Program-made: the position numbers and the translations under genes
IMG/VR virus record: IMGVR_UViG_3300016476_000183
Coordinates: 1 to 55,931 of that record
DNA: 55,931 nt
Strand: one strand, 5' to 3'
DNA from: a virus
Taxonomy: Duplodnaviria; Caudoviricetes
Notes under the pieces: model-generated
Database searches by the model: none
The model's input: only the letters and a program-made list of their open reading frames with translations
What the model was told of the DNA's origin: nothing
Shown: one piece after another, positions 1 to 8,425 of the stretch
How the letters are laid out: every line of letters starts with the position of its first letter
How positions within the stretch are numbered: the stretch's first letter is position 1

Positions 1-199
1 TGCGGGCAATCTCTGATGCCCACTGCCCACCACCTACACGGGGGATTGCGATCATAAGCAGCGCAGCCTCAAGCCTTTCGATGTAATCTGCGGCCTCTCC
101 GCAAAGCGGTTTCGTCGTGCTAACGGGTGTAAAATCTACAACCCGATAGTCCTTCTCGGCCCGCAGCCGATCAACCAGTGCCCTTGCTTTGTCAGTCAT
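1..199 (-). CDS. hypothetical protein, runs off the window start
   Basis: ATG at 199 behind GGAGAG; MTDKARALVDRLRAEKDY... stays open to position 1. Confidence 0.55.
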   Translation of the reverse strand, partial: MTDKARALVDRLRAEKDYRVVDFTPVSTTKPLCGEAADYIERLEAALLMIAIPRVGGGQWASEIAR

Positions 200-527
200 G
201 GCTCTCTCCTAGTGCTGCGCGGGCGCGTTCGCCGCCATCCCTATCCAGTGCATAGCGAGCATCGTCGCCTTCTCGGGTAATCTTGCGGCAGTCATTTGCC
301 TGCTTTTCATACCAGCCCAACGCCCCACGCAGCCGCTCGATCTCGCGGGCTTGGGTTTCGATTAGGTCGGCACATCGAATACGGTCATGCGGGTATTCAA
401 GCACCTGAAGGTTGCGCATCCGATAAACCAGCGCCTTTGCTTCGTCAGTCATTGCTTCCTCGTAAGTTTTGGCCAGCTTTGCGCATTCATCGAGCCATTC
501 GGCCCTTGTTAGTGGGGTAGCCATCAC
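192..527 (-). CDS. hypothetical phage protein
   Basis: ORF in tightly overlapping minus-strand operon. Confidence 0.65.
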   Translation of the reverse strand: MMATPLTRAEWLDECAKLAKTYEEAMTDEAKALVYRMRNLQVLEYPHDRIRCADLIETQAREIERLRGALGWYEKQANDCRKITREGDDARYALDRDGGERARAALGESHD

Positions 528-898
528 TCACCCTCCCACACAATGCGACCGCCACGGGCTTCGATGGCTGCGCGAAGGTCTGCTGCCATTTCCGCAGCGC
601 TGTGGTTGACGATGCCTCCTTTAATCAGCGCCTCAACCAGCGGATCGGGCTTGGCGATGATGAAGCGCCCCATGTATCTGCGGACAATAGAAGAACTGTC
701 GTCGTAAACGCATACCGCCAACTCCTCCACCGCATCGCTCACTTCCTGCCGGAAGGCTTCGTGCTGTTCTATGGCGCGGGCGTGGGCCTCAATAGACTGA
801 CGTAGGACGTTTTCCTCGGCCATAATGGCGTAGTCTTGCATCCGCCGCCCAGCGGCTGCCACCGCCTGCTCCAGTGCTTTCTTTTCGGTTTTAGTCAT
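524..898 (-). CDS. hypothetical phage protein
   Basis: 4-nt overlaps with both neighbours. Confidence 0.7.
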   Translation of the reverse strand: MTKTEKKALEQAVAAAGRRMQDYAIMAEENVLRQSIEAHARAIEQHEAFRQEVSDAVEELAVCVYDDSSSIVRRYMGRFIIAKPDPLVEALIKGGIVNHSAAEMAADLRAAIEARGGRIVWEGE

Positions 899-1092
899 AG
901 CACTTCTCCCGTCATGTACTTGTACAGGCGCTTCATTGCGGCCAAGTCCAGCGTGGCTTCTTCCCGGTCGTCGGCATGGGTCGTGCGGTATATCTCATCC
1001 TGCGCCCACGCCATGTGCTGACGTAGGAATGCGAGGATGATCTGGTCTGCCAGTTCATTGTTGATCGGCAGCAGCATGGGTTCTTTGGTCAT
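895..1092 (-). CDS. hypothetical phage protein
   Basis: ATGA overlap, GGAGG upstream. Confidence 0.65.
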   Translation of the reverse strand: MTKEPMLLPINNELADQIILAFLRQHMAWAQDEIYRTTHADDREEATLDLAAMKRLYKYMTGEVL

Positions 1093-1571
1093 CGTACCGC
1101 CTCCCTATATCCACCTTGATTGTTGATCGCCTGAGCTAGTCGTTCCGATCCACGGATCATTCCCTTGTACACAAACTTTTCCTTCTGGGTTCGCTCGTCT
1201 CTGACCGGCTTAGCCTTCATGAGTTTGTCCACCACATTCTCGGATACAGGCGAGACCTTGATCGCAGGGCTGTCAGCAATCTTGGCCACGTATTTCCTGA
1301 GTGCGGTAATCAACAAGCGAAACCCCGGCCTCTCGACTTCGTACAGCTTGGCCTGACGCACCCCGTGAAGGACTGACGTGTGATCTCGATTGCCTAGCTG
1401 GCGACCGATTTCCTTCAGGCCGTGACCATACTCATTACATACTGCGAACACGGCGAACCGAGCCGATGATACGTGGCGACGACGATTGTCCTCGTAGAAC
1501 TCTTCCACGGGGATGCGGGTGATCTCAGACACACACTCGACGATGGTGCGAACCATTACCTTAACTGTCAT
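1089..1571 (-). CDS. DnaA C-terminal (domain IV)-like helix-turn-helix protein
   Basis: LKEIGRQLGNRDHTSVLHGVR matches the DnaA domain IV signature IG..FG.RDHTTV.H; RBS AAGGAGAG. Confidence 0.8.
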   Translation of the reverse strand: MTVKVMVRTIVECVSEITRIPVEEFYEDNRRRHVSSARFAVFAVCNEYGHGLKEIGRQLGNRDHTSVLHGVRQAKLYEVERPGFRLLITALRKYVAKIADSPAIKVSPVSENVVDKLMKAKPVRDERTQKEKFVYKGMIRGSERLAQAINNQGGYREAVR

Positions 1572-1590
1572 TGGTCTCTCCTTGGTAGGG

Positions 1591-1718
1591 GTCGGGGCTA
1601 TTTAACGTCAGCGTGGTAACGTCACGCTCCCCGACAGGACGGCTTACTCTGATGGGGAAAGGTTAACCCACCCGTAAGCTGCCGGTGATACCTAGCGCCT
1701 CTCAACCGGCTTGGCGCA
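1591..1718 (-). ncRNA. candidate structured intergenic RNA (pseudoknot plus two stem-loop domains)
   Basis: Complementary pairs GTCGGGG/CCCCGAC, AGCGTG/CACGCT, GCTTAC/GTAAGC, GCCGGT/ACCGGC and crossing GCGCC/GGCGC within a 150-nt gap. Confidence 0.4.
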
Positions 1719-1723
1719 CCAAC

Positions 1724-2050
1724 TCAACCGAATAGCAGTTTGAGTTGGTCGTACAACTTGCGAGCTTCAGTGGCTGACATACTGATATCTCCTACCAGAA
1801 TAGTAACACCCTCGTTGCGAGGTTCTACTGGTGGGGCAGAGAAATCCACATAGTAGACGAACGGCTTCCTCCCAGTACCTACTCTTGATCCTCTAGCTTT
1901 TCTGCGCTGAATCTTCCCCTCACGATACAGGGTCGTCAACTCTTGTCGGATTTGTGCTGGGTTGCCTCGCACCTTACCAACGATATCCTTTGCTCTGACG
2001 GAGCCGGAAGTGTTCGAGATGATCTGGTATACTTGTTCGCGTACAGTCAT
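1724..2050 (-). CDS. winged-helix DNA-binding protein (putative)
   Basis: VRAKDIV...QIRQELTTLYREGKIQR wHTH-like pattern; RBS GGAGA. Confidence 0.6.
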   Translation of the reverse strand: MTVREQVYQIISNTSGSVRAKDIVGKVRGNPAQIRQELTTLYREGKIQRRKARGSRVGTGRKPFVYYVDFSAPPVEPRNEGVTILVGDISMSATEARKLYDQLKLLFG

Positions 2051-2061
2051 GGCTTGTCTCC

Positions 2062-3183
2062 TTACTTCTTCATCTTAACAACATCACCCCAAGGGGCATC
2101 CTCACGTCCGTTGGAAACCCAGAGAACTGGATACCCCGGCTGCGATCCGAAGTCGCTGCACCACAGGTCGGTCAGGACCACGCAAGCAGCAGGTTCGATG
2201 GCGTTCTTCTGAACGTACCGAAAGATGGGCGAGAACGCCGTGCCGCCGCCGCCGTGAGGGCGGATGTCAAGCTGGTCGTCAGGCTCGTAGCTCTCGTAGT
2301 GGCTGACCTCGCTGTCGAAATACACCACGTGAATCTTGGTGGGGCGGCAGTCCTCGTGGATGGCTGCGATCTCTGCTGCAAACTCGCTGATCTCACGGGC
2401 GCTGATGGAACCGGAGCAGTCTACTGCAACAACGATCTCACCCAGTGCTTCGCCAGACATGCTAGGCATGATGAGGTCGTGCGTCAGGAAGCGGCGGTTG
2501 GGACGAGCGTAGGTCAGATCGACCTTGGCCTTGGTTGTGAGGAAGTTGCGAAGGACAACGCGCCAGTCAACGGTAGGTGCCAGTGCCTCGTCAACCAGAC
2601 GGGACAGACCGGCAGACAATTTACCGGCAGCCTTGGCGACACGTGCAGCCTGAGCGATAGCTACACGCATCTCTGCCTCGGCTTGAGCGCGCTCGGACTC
2701 GTCACCCGGAGCATCCTCGCACAGGTCGATACCTGTACCGGGATAGCCGCCATCATCACCCTCGCAGTCATCGGGGAGCAGGGCATACACACCCTCGGTC
2801 GTACCACCACCGGCTGCCACGATTTGGGAGTCGATGAGCGCACCGTCTGGCAGCTTGCCGATACCGTCTGCTACGATCATGTCATTGATAACGTAATCAC
2901 CTGCGATGTTGAAGCGCTTGGGGTTGCGGTTGCCGCGCCGGAACGGGTGGTTGAAGATGCAGTGGCCGACCTCGTGACACAGCACAGCAATGGTGTTGTC
3001 GAGGGACATGCTGTCAACAAAGTCCGGGTTGTACAGGATACGCTTACCGTTGGTCGCCATGGTCGGGATGCTGGGGTCCTCGATGATCGGCAGGTTGCAC
3101 ACGATGGTGGCGAAGAACGGGTGGTACATTACCAGCTTGGCCTTGGCACGGGACAGCTTGGCTTCGGGGGTGAGGTCGGTCAT
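2062..3183 (-). CDS. metallopeptidase plus VWA domain protein (DUF2201-like)
   Basis: TMATNG, LCHEVGH (HExxH), NIAGDYVIN, MIDAS VDCSGS, GGGGTAF, VLTD. Confidence 0.9.
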   Translation of the reverse strand: MTDLTPEAKLSRAKAKLVMYHPFFATIVCNLPIIEDPSIPTMATNGKRILYNPDFVDSMSLDNTIAVLCHEVGHCIFNHPFRRGNRNPKRFNIAGDYVINDMIVADGIGKLPDGALIDSQIVAAGGGTTEGVYALLPDDCEGDDGGYPGTGIDLCEDAPGDESERAQAEAEMRVAIAQAARVAKAAGKLSAGLSRLVDEALAPTVDWRVVLRNFLTTKAKVDLTYARPNRRFLTHDLIMPSMSGEALGEIVVAVDCSGSISAREISEFAAEIAAIHEDCRPTKIHVVYFDSEVSHYESYEPDDQLDIRPHGGGGTAFSPIFRYVQKNAIEPAACVVLTDLWCSDFGSQPGYPVLWVSNGREDAPWGDVVKMKK

Positions 3184-3209
3184 GGTGGTCTCCTTGTCTT
3201 GTGGTCTGT

Positions 3210-3238
3210 AGTATAGGTGACACTGTGTGTTATGTCAA
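3210..3238 (-). promoter_or_regulatory. sigma70-type promoter
   Basis: TTGACA-17 nt-TATACT on the minus strand ahead of the VWA gene. Confidence 0.8.
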
Positions 3239-3478
3239 AGCGGCTCTCAACATGAGGTACGCTACCTTGGCTGCGTCTAGGTCCTTGAAGGGGCCAGCTA
3301 CTTTGGGAGGGTACAGGATTTCTCCATGGTGGTCCTCTCTCTTGACGATGGCCCAACGCTTTCGCCTTGAGTTGTGACGGTTAACCCGCTCTATCAGATA
3401 GACGACTGGTACCTTGCGTCCGATCCAGTACTGCTCGGTACCATCGGGGTGCGAGTTGTACAGCCACTCAGGCTCCAT
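3230..3478 (-). CDS. hypothetical protein (82 aa, MEPEWLYNSHPDG...)
   Basis: 3' part of the track ORF 3230..3799; ATG at 3478 overlaps the end of the upstream gene. Confidence 0.6.
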   Translation of the reverse strand: MEPEWLYNSHPDGTEQYWIGRKVPVVYLIERVNRHNSRRKRWAIVKREDHHGEILYPPKVAGPFKDLDAAKVAYLMLRAALT

Positions 3479-4319
3479 ACAGACCACCCATCTTGGCGAG
3501 GATGTCAGCCATCTGGTCGGACACTTCTTGGCGTACCTCAGGGTGCTTGCGGATATCTTCCGCATCTGTGGTGGCGAAGTAACCCTCCAGTTCCTGACGG
3601 ATTTCTTCCAGCTTGGGGTCGTCAGAGATGTTGAGCGATGGCAAGATGGCACACAGGTCCTTGGCGCTACCGACAAGGCTGTCATAGATACGGCCCTCGG
3701 GGTTACTGGTCTGGGTGTGAATGCGCTTGACCACATCGTGAACCCGCTGCCACGCAGCTTGCATAGCTTGGCTGACCTTCTCCGTAACATCCATCTCAAG
3801 ACGCTTGCGCAGCGAGTCCATCTGGTCGTCGGCCATATCTACACGCCAGTCCTTGGCGGCGGGCATGGGGTAGAACCCAACGTCCATGCGGAACTTGGAA
3901 CGGATGGTGTCCACTGCGGGGTAGTCCGACTCGTTGAACAGCGTACCGAGCAGGTGCTTGGCATCGTCAACAGATGTCTCATAGCTACGCAGGAAACGAT
4001 CCACTGCTTGGGTCCACTCACGCTTACGATCTGCCATGCGCTGAGCGAAGGTCAGGTAGCCCTCCGACTTGATGATCTGCATACCCTCCATCCACGGCAG
4101 GGAAAGCTGGTAGTATTCGTTGCGGATGGCGCTCGTCATCTTGTGGACACGATCAAGCTCGGTGTTGAGTGGGAGCAGTGACTTGTTGACACGGGCAGCA
4201 TCGACAGTGGTGCCGTGCTTGGCGTTGACTGCGGCGCTCTCCTTGCGGTCCAGCTTGCGGGCAGTCCACTGAGAGATGTTGAGGGTAACGAGCAGAGCGC
4301 GGTTGGTAAGTTCGGTCAT
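3468..4319 (-). CDS. helical phage protein, DUF3150-like, associated with the MoxR/VWA module
   Basis: LVTLNISQWTARKLD...FNESDYP pattern; strong RBS AAGGAGAC; lies between ATPase and VWA genes. Confidence 0.7.
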   Translation of the reverse strand: MTELTNRALLVTLNISQWTARKLDRKESAAVNAKHGTTVDAARVNKSLLPLNTELDRVHKMTSAIRNEYYQLSLPWMEGMQIIKSEGYLTFAQRMADRKREWTQAVDRFLRSYETSVDDAKHLLGTLFNESDYPAVDTIRSKFRMDVGFYPMPAAKDWRVDMADDQMDSLRKRLEMDVTEKVSQAMQAAWQRVHDVVKRIHTQTSNPEGRIYDSLVGSAKDLCAILPSLNISDDPKLEEIRQELEGYFATTDAEDIRKHPEVRQEVSDQMADILAKMGGLYGA

Positions 4320-4321
4320 GT

Positions 4322-4546
4322 TCAGTCTCCTTGATTTAATCGGATTAATTCGATTTCGGTGTCGTCGAAGGCGAAGGACTCGCCTGTAAGGAATGATACG
4401 ATGCAGTAAGGGTACTCTGAGTAAGGCGATCTTCTCTGTATCATTCCTTTTACTAACCCTACTGATCCAACGGGCGGGCCGTAAAAGTACGGGTTGGCTA
4501 CAACCCGTACTGCATCACCCGGATTAAAGGATGACGGCTTTGCCAT
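4322..4546 (-). CDS. small SH3/KOW-like beta-barrel protein (74 aa)
   Basis: MAKPSSFNPGDAVRVV...GSVGLV...IVSF...DTEIELI; start reassigned to ATG 4546. Confidence 0.6.
   Translation of the reverse strand: MAKPSSFNPGDAVRVVANPYFYGPPVGSVGLVKGMIQRRSPYSEYPYCIVSFLTGESFAFDDTEIELIRLNQGD
4335..4348. repeat. palindromic motif TTTAATCGGATTAA copy 1
   Basis: Exact motif just upstream of the RBS of gene 3468..4319. Confidence 0.95.
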
Positions 4547-5522
4547 CGGTCGTCGCCCAGTCGATGTATGCACGGGTGGACTGTACCTCTGGCACCTTAC
4601 GGATGCAGTCGAGGATCGCCATCGTAGCAAACTCGGAAGGCAAGCGGCGAACGAACGAGCAGATTGCTGGGAAGTTATCCACAGTGACTCGGCTGGCAAG
4701 TGCGCCGCACAGTGCGAAGCGAACACTGGGTTCTGCCGGAACCTCTGTACCGAGCGGGTCCATGATAACTGCATCGGGGTTGGGCAGCTTGCGGTACATG
4801 GTGAGGAACGCACAGAACTTGGTAGCCATCGCCTCACCCACGGTACCACGGAACATCTCGTACTCTGCCTCGGCAGGGATGTTGCCGATCACGGGGGACA
4901 CACCCTCGGTCCAGCCACGGAATGTTGCGTTGTGATCTTGGTTCGGGTCGAACGAGTAGAAGTCCTTGTCGAACCGGGAGAACGCCACGACCACGGGATG
5001 CACGTCATTCTTGAGCGCCCACTGACCCCAGTCGTCGATGGAGATGTCAGCCTCGATCTCGGTCATGCGGTCCTTGAGGTGGGTCAGCAGACGGTTGGCA
5101 CCAGCACGGTCAACGGTACGGTTGCCGGTACCTACGATCAGCCAGCCAGCCTTGAGTTTGCGACCGTGGATTTCACGGGACTGGATGATGTTGGCCCAGC
5201 CCTTCTGTGCGGGACCGTCAGCTTGGCCAAGCTCGTCGGCAATCAGGATGCCGTGGTCAGGCCAGTGCGAACCTTCGAGGGGGAAGCGATCATTGAGCAG
5301 GTAGGTCAGGCCATCCTTGTCTGCGTTGGGGAACGGAACCCCGAAGTCATCGACCGGCATGGTCGGGACGTGCGACTTGATGCACCCGATGCCACGCTGA
5401 GCAGCGACCTGCTCGGGGATGGAGGTCTTGGCGGTACCCGGAGGACCCGAGATGTACAGGGCGCGGAGGTTGCCAGCATCGAGCAGAGCGTTGAGGGTAC
5501 GAGCGATAAGAGTCGGTTTCAT
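4524..5522 (-). CDS. MoxR/dynein-like AAA+ ATPase
   Basis: Walker A GPPGTAKT, Walker B ILIADE, VGTGNR sensor, ATFRGW. Confidence 0.9.
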   Translation of the reverse strand: MKPTLIARTLNALLDAGNLRALYISGPPGTAKTSIPEQVAAQRGIGCIKSHVPTMPVDDFGVPFPNADKDGLTYLLNDRFPLEGSHWPDHGILIADELGQADGPAQKGWANIIQSREIHGRKLKAGWLIVGTGNRTVDRAGANRLLTHLKDRMTEIEADISIDDWGQWALKNDVHPVVVAFSRFDKDFYSFDPNQDHNATFRGWTEGVSPVIGNIPAEAEYEMFRGTVGEAMATKFCAFLTMYRKLPNPDAVIMDPLGTEVPAEPSVRFALCGALASRVTVDNFPAICSFVRRLPSEFATMAILDCIRKVPEVQSTRAYIDWATTDGKAVIL

Positions 5523-5540
5523 AGTCAGTCTCCTTGTTGA

Positions 5541-5555
5541 TTTAATCGGATTAAA
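5541..5555. repeat. palindromic motif copy 2
   Basis: TTTAATCGGATTAAA upstream of the ATPase RBS. Confidence 0.95.
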
Positions 5556-5594
5556 TGGTCGTCCGGTTGGCCCGGAACTTGATCTTGTCTACGT

Positions 5595-5636
5595 ATCTTA
5601 CGAGTATCCGGTATTTATGTCAAACAGAGCTACACC
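5595..5636 (-). promoter_or_regulatory. sigma70-type promoter with upstream GGTGTAGC box
   Basis: GGTGTAGC-5 nt-TTGACA-17 nt-TAAGAT. Confidence 0.75.
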
Positions 5637-5839
5637 TTTACGATACGGAACCCCCCCTCAGGAAAAGTCTTGAACGGTATGCGCGCCATGTTCTTGGCCA
5701 GCGTTATCTCCAAGTGATCCGGGCGAAGCTCCGTCACCCACCCGCTGTCACCAATGTTCACAGTCACCTGTCCACAGTTGTACGATCCCCACTCGGTGGC
5801 ACGGACAACTTCCACCACGCTGCCGATTTCAACAGACAT
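5630..5839 (-). CDS. small SH3-like protein
   Basis: VEIGSVVEVV...IGDSGWVTEL; RBS GGAGG. Confidence 0.6.
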   Translation of the reverse strand: MSVEIGSVVEVVRATEWGSYNCGQVTVNIGDSGWVTELRPDHLEITLAKNMARIPFKTFPEGGFRIVKV

Positions 5840-6014
5840 CTTTTCCTCCGTGCTTAACTGCCCTCACTTGGTCCTTGCACTCACGCTCACGGATATCGTT
5901 GATGATCTTCTGGCGCGGCGGCATCTTGCGAACGATAAAGCCCATGCTGCTCGTGTCCACAACGGTATGAGTAACACGCTTGGCATACGGGTTGCGTACT
6001 GTGTGTGCCATCAT
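5829..6014 (-). CDS. hypothetical protein
   Basis: Overlapping operon ORF with GGAGG. Confidence 0.55.
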   Translation of the reverse strand: MMAHTVRNPYAKRVTHTVVDTSSMGFIVRKMPPRQKIINDIRERECKDQVRAVKHGGKDVC

Positions 6015-6205
6015 TCATCCTCCGCTGCCTGACTTCCAGCTAGTTGGTACAGTGCCGACATCTCCTCACCGATAAAGTGCGCCATGGATTTCAGGGCGGG
6101 CACGGATTTTATGGCGGGATGTTCTTCGATAAACTGCTCCCACATCTCTACCATCATGGACACGCGATCCATTGCTTCGTGGCGATGCCATTTGTCTACA
6201 CGCAT
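6011..6205 (-). CDS. hypothetical protein
   Basis: TAATG overlap, GGAGG upstream. Confidence 0.6.
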   Translation of the reverse strand: MRVDKWHRHEAMDRVSMMVEMWEQFIEEHPAIKSVPALKSMAHFIGEEMSALYQLAGSQAAEDE

Positions 6206-6648
6206 TACTTGTCCTCCAGCTTGATAAGGTCACGGGGCCACACTTCGAGAAGCTCGCCGGTCATCAGTCGCACAGCCACAGTATCTCGTATGTCGCCATA
6301 CGCTCGGCCCCTGACCACGTCATCATCCCACTCTACAACTACGCCAAGTGTGTCGGGTGTTATGTCGGGCATATCGTCTGGGTGTATCAGCTCGTCGTAC
6401 TTACGCATGTCCGGCTGGAACTTCACCATGTTGCCACGCTCGAAATCCTCGGACCGCAACGCCCACCTGTGGGGGTAATACGGGACATTCACATTGCGAC
6501 CATCATCTCCGCAATGACTACAGTACGCCAGATCGTCGTAATGATCGTAATCATACCTTTGCTCGCGAACATCCCAGTACGCGGTGACGCTACTAAATGA
6601 TGTGCTGTTGCTACCGCAGTCGGCGCAAACAATGTCCACTTTATCCAT
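6205..6648 (-). CDS. zinc-ribbon plus SH3-like protein
   Basis: CADC...CSHC N-terminus; FERGNMVKF...TLGVVVE...VWPRDL C-terminus. Confidence 0.65.
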   Translation of the reverse strand: MDKVDIVCADCGSNSTSFSSVTAYWDVREQRYDYDHYDDLAYCSHCGDDGRNVNVPYYPHRWALRSEDFERGNMVKFQPDMRKYDELIHPDDMPDITPDTLGVVVEWDDDVVRGRAYGDIRDTVAVRLMTGELLEVWPRDLIKLEDK

Positions 6649-6664
6649 AGTGCTATCCTTTTGA

Positions 6665-6678
6665 TTTAATCGGATTAA
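6665..6678. repeat. palindromic motif copy 3
   Basis: Overlaps the TAA of 6675..7295 and precedes the RBS of 6205..6648. Confidence 0.95.
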
Positions 6679-7295
6679 TACTTGTACTCTACTTCTGCCT
6701 CACGAAGCTGGTCGTGCAGTTCCTTTGGCACGTGGTCACTCATGCCATTCTCGAACGGGTCACTCCCATAGAATCCCCAGCACGAGTCAGTCTCGACCCA
6801 CTCACCGGCATCGCACTCCTCGCAAGCACAGGCCCCAGTCCACTCCTCGATCACGAACCCATACACGTCACCATCTGCCCACTGCTTAAAGGTCTCGATG
6901 CTACCAGCCATGGCCTCTGCTGCACGGTCCCATGGGGTGCCGACATACTTACATAGTTCGGGGGTGGTATGCGCTATGTACTCGTTATGCTGTGTCCTAA
7001 ACACCTCCACGATAAGTTCGTCCTTGACTGCTTCGAGCCATGTGTTGCGGAAGTCCTCGTCATCCCGCAGTCGATCCTCCGAGTCGAGGATTCTGTCCAG
7101 TGTGTTGTGGCCAGCGACAGAGGCCATCTCCTCCATGGCGCGCCAGCCCTTGGTTCGCACAATGAGGTCTGCAATCTGGCTGTTGGCTGACTGGTCCCAC
7201 CTACCGGAGGCATTAATCTCGCACATGTCGTCCCAATCACGAGGGTCCTCCGCACAAGAGTCGTGGATGATGCGGACACGAAGGGTCTTGCTCAC
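6675..7295 (-). CDS. acidic hypothetical phage protein
   Basis: EDPRDWD...WADGDVYGFVIE...DSCWGFYG pattern. Confidence 0.75.
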   Translation of the reverse strand: MSKTLRVRIIHDSCAEDPRDWDDMCEINASGRWDQSANSQIADLIVRTKGWRAMEEMASVAGHNTLDRILDSEDRLRDDEDFRNTWLEAVKDELIVEVFRTQHNEYIAHTTPELCKYVGTPWDRAAEAMAGSIETFKQWADGDVYGFVIEEWTGACACEECDAGEWVETDSCWGFYGSDPFENGMSDHVPKELHDQLREAEVEYKY

Positions 7296-7453
7296 AGTTC
7301 GATCTCCCGTTCTACACGCATGACTTCGATCAGGCGAACCTTGATGCTCAGACGCTTCTCGATGGCGCGCACCTCAGTCTTGGCACGGTCGATATTGTCG
7401 AATGCAAACAATGGTTTGTTGCGCAGGTTGCGGATTTCGTAGGTCGAGTTCAT
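7292..7453 (-). CDS. hypothetical protein (53 aa, not in ORF track)
   Basis: GGAGACTGAC-ATG; MNSTYEIRNLRNKPLFAF...EIEL*; GTGA overlap. Confidence 0.7.
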   Translation of the reverse strand: MNSTYEIRNLRNKPLFAFDNIDRAKTEVRAIEKRLSIKVRLIEVMRVEREIEL

Positions 7454-7464
7454 GTCAGTCTCCA

Positions 7465-7478
7465 TTTAATCGGATTAA
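7465..7478. repeat. palindromic motif copy 4
   Basis: Overlaps the TAA of 7475..7825 and abuts RBS GGAGAC. Confidence 0.95.
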
Positions 7479-7825
7479 TTGCCGAGAGCGGCGTGTTCTA
7501 TCTCACGCATGGCGAACTTGTTGGGTCCCAGCTTGGCCAGCACTTCCATCTGACTGCACGACAGGTGCAATACCTCGGTATACGGGTGCGCCTTGCCTTG
7601 GTGGTTTGATGTGGTGCGGCTTACCTTCTCCCGGTTGGCGTACCACTCTCCTGTGTTGCGGTCGCAGACATACATCGGGAAATGCTCCCCGTAAGAATAG
7701 ACCGCGTACCACTTGTCCGTGTCCGAGGCATAGTTGCGCCCGAAGATGGTATGGTTGTTGGTAACAAAGTCCCTGCACTTCTGGACAAGCGAGCGAACGT
7801 CTGCGTTGGATACACCTTTAATCAT
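7475..7825 (-). CDS. hypothetical phage protein
   Basis: YAVYSYGEHFP...SRTTSNHQ motif; start reassigned to ATG 7825 (GAGGTG RBS). Confidence 0.75.
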   Translation of the reverse strand: MIKGVSNADVRSLVQKCRDFVTNNHTIFGRNYASDTDKWYAVYSYGEHFPMYVCDRNTGEWYANREKVSRTTSNHQGKAHPYTEVLHLSCSQMEVLAKLGPNKFAMREIEHAALGN

Positions 7826-7833
7826 GTCACACC

Positions 7834-8091
7834 TCACGAATGAAAGCCGAAGTGGTCGTCGTGCCATACGGCACCGATCACATAGCGGCGGGTATAGTCG
7901 CGCTCCTGATTGAAATAGACCGCCATCATTTCATACTCGTCACCGGAAATGGTGATCTCGCATATCGGGTAGCCGACAGGCGACCATGTGGACAGGTAGC
8001 CGATAGCTTCGTAGACCTTGCGGCCATCAGTGTTCTCGATCAGGCCCTGCAATGCGGACGGGCCGTACAGATGCTTAACAATACGTTCCAT
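7834..8091 (-). CDS. hypothetical protein
   Basis: RBS AGGAGACTGACC; ends ...FGFHS. Confidence 0.7.
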   Translation of the reverse strand: MERIVKHLYGPSALQGLIENTDGRKVYEAIGYLSTWSPVGYPICEITISGDEYEMMAVYFNQERDYTRRYVIGAVWHDDHFGFHS

Positions 8092-8106
8092 GGTCAGTCT
8101 CCTAAA

Positions 8107-8121
8107 TTTAATCGGATTAAA
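8107..8121. repeat. palindromic motif copy 5
   Basis: Overlaps the TAA of 8117..8287 and precedes an RBS. Confidence 0.95.
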
Positions 8122-8287
8122 TGTCGTACTTCAGGATGATCGCAGTCTCGTCGTCGAGGTACGTCTTATGGAACGTACGAGCAGACATAGGCTCACCTGC
8201 ATATCCACGGGTACCTGTGATGGGGTACGTCTTGCGCATGTGGCGCATCCAGTCGAACAGATGCTCGTCGAAGAAACCCTTGGTCAT
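8117..8287 (-). CDS. hypothetical protein (56 aa)
   Basis: GGAGACTGAC-ATG at 8287; first gene after the promoter at 8369-8410. Confidence 0.65.
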   Translation of the reverse strand: MTKGFFDEHLFDWMRHMRKTYPITGTRGYAGEPMSARTFHKTYLDDETAIILKYDI

Positions 8288-8298
8288 GTCAGTCTCCA

Positions 8299-8313
8299 TT
8301 TAATCGGATTAAA
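8299..8313. repeat. palindromic motif copy 6
   Basis: TTTAATCGGATTAAA abutting an RBS. Confidence 0.95.
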
Positions 8314-8368
8314 TCCGGTCCGTCCGGTGGACCCCTGCGGTCCGAGGTAATCTGTAAATTGTCTTTAC

Positions 8369-8410
8369 AGACTAGCATATAAACATGTTTATGTCAACTC
8401 GGGCTACACC
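8369..8410 (-). promoter_or_regulatory. sigma70-type promoter with upstream GGTGTAGC box
   Basis: GGTGTAGC-5 nt-TTGACA-17 nt-TAGTCT. Confidence 0.75.
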
Positions 8411-8425
8411 TCGTGAGCCGCAGAC

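Noticed and set aside
1645..1680. Hammerhead or pistol ribozyme in the 1575-1723 gap
   Set aside because: CTGATGG lacks the CUGAUGA core; a GUUAAAUAG pistol-like string is present but the required pseudoknot pairing is not, so it is kept only as an unclassified RNA
3226..3240. TTATGTCAAA as a dif/XerD arm
   Set aside because: Better explained as the reverse complement of a TTGACA -35 box with a correctly spaced -10; no XerC arm
4518..4529. Eleventh palindrome copy (CCCGGATTAAAG)
   Set aside because: Only a half-site; may be chance or degenerate
5541..5555. Palindrome as a CtrA box
   Set aside because: CtrA consensus is TTAA-N7-TTAA; this motif is TTAA-N5-TTAA
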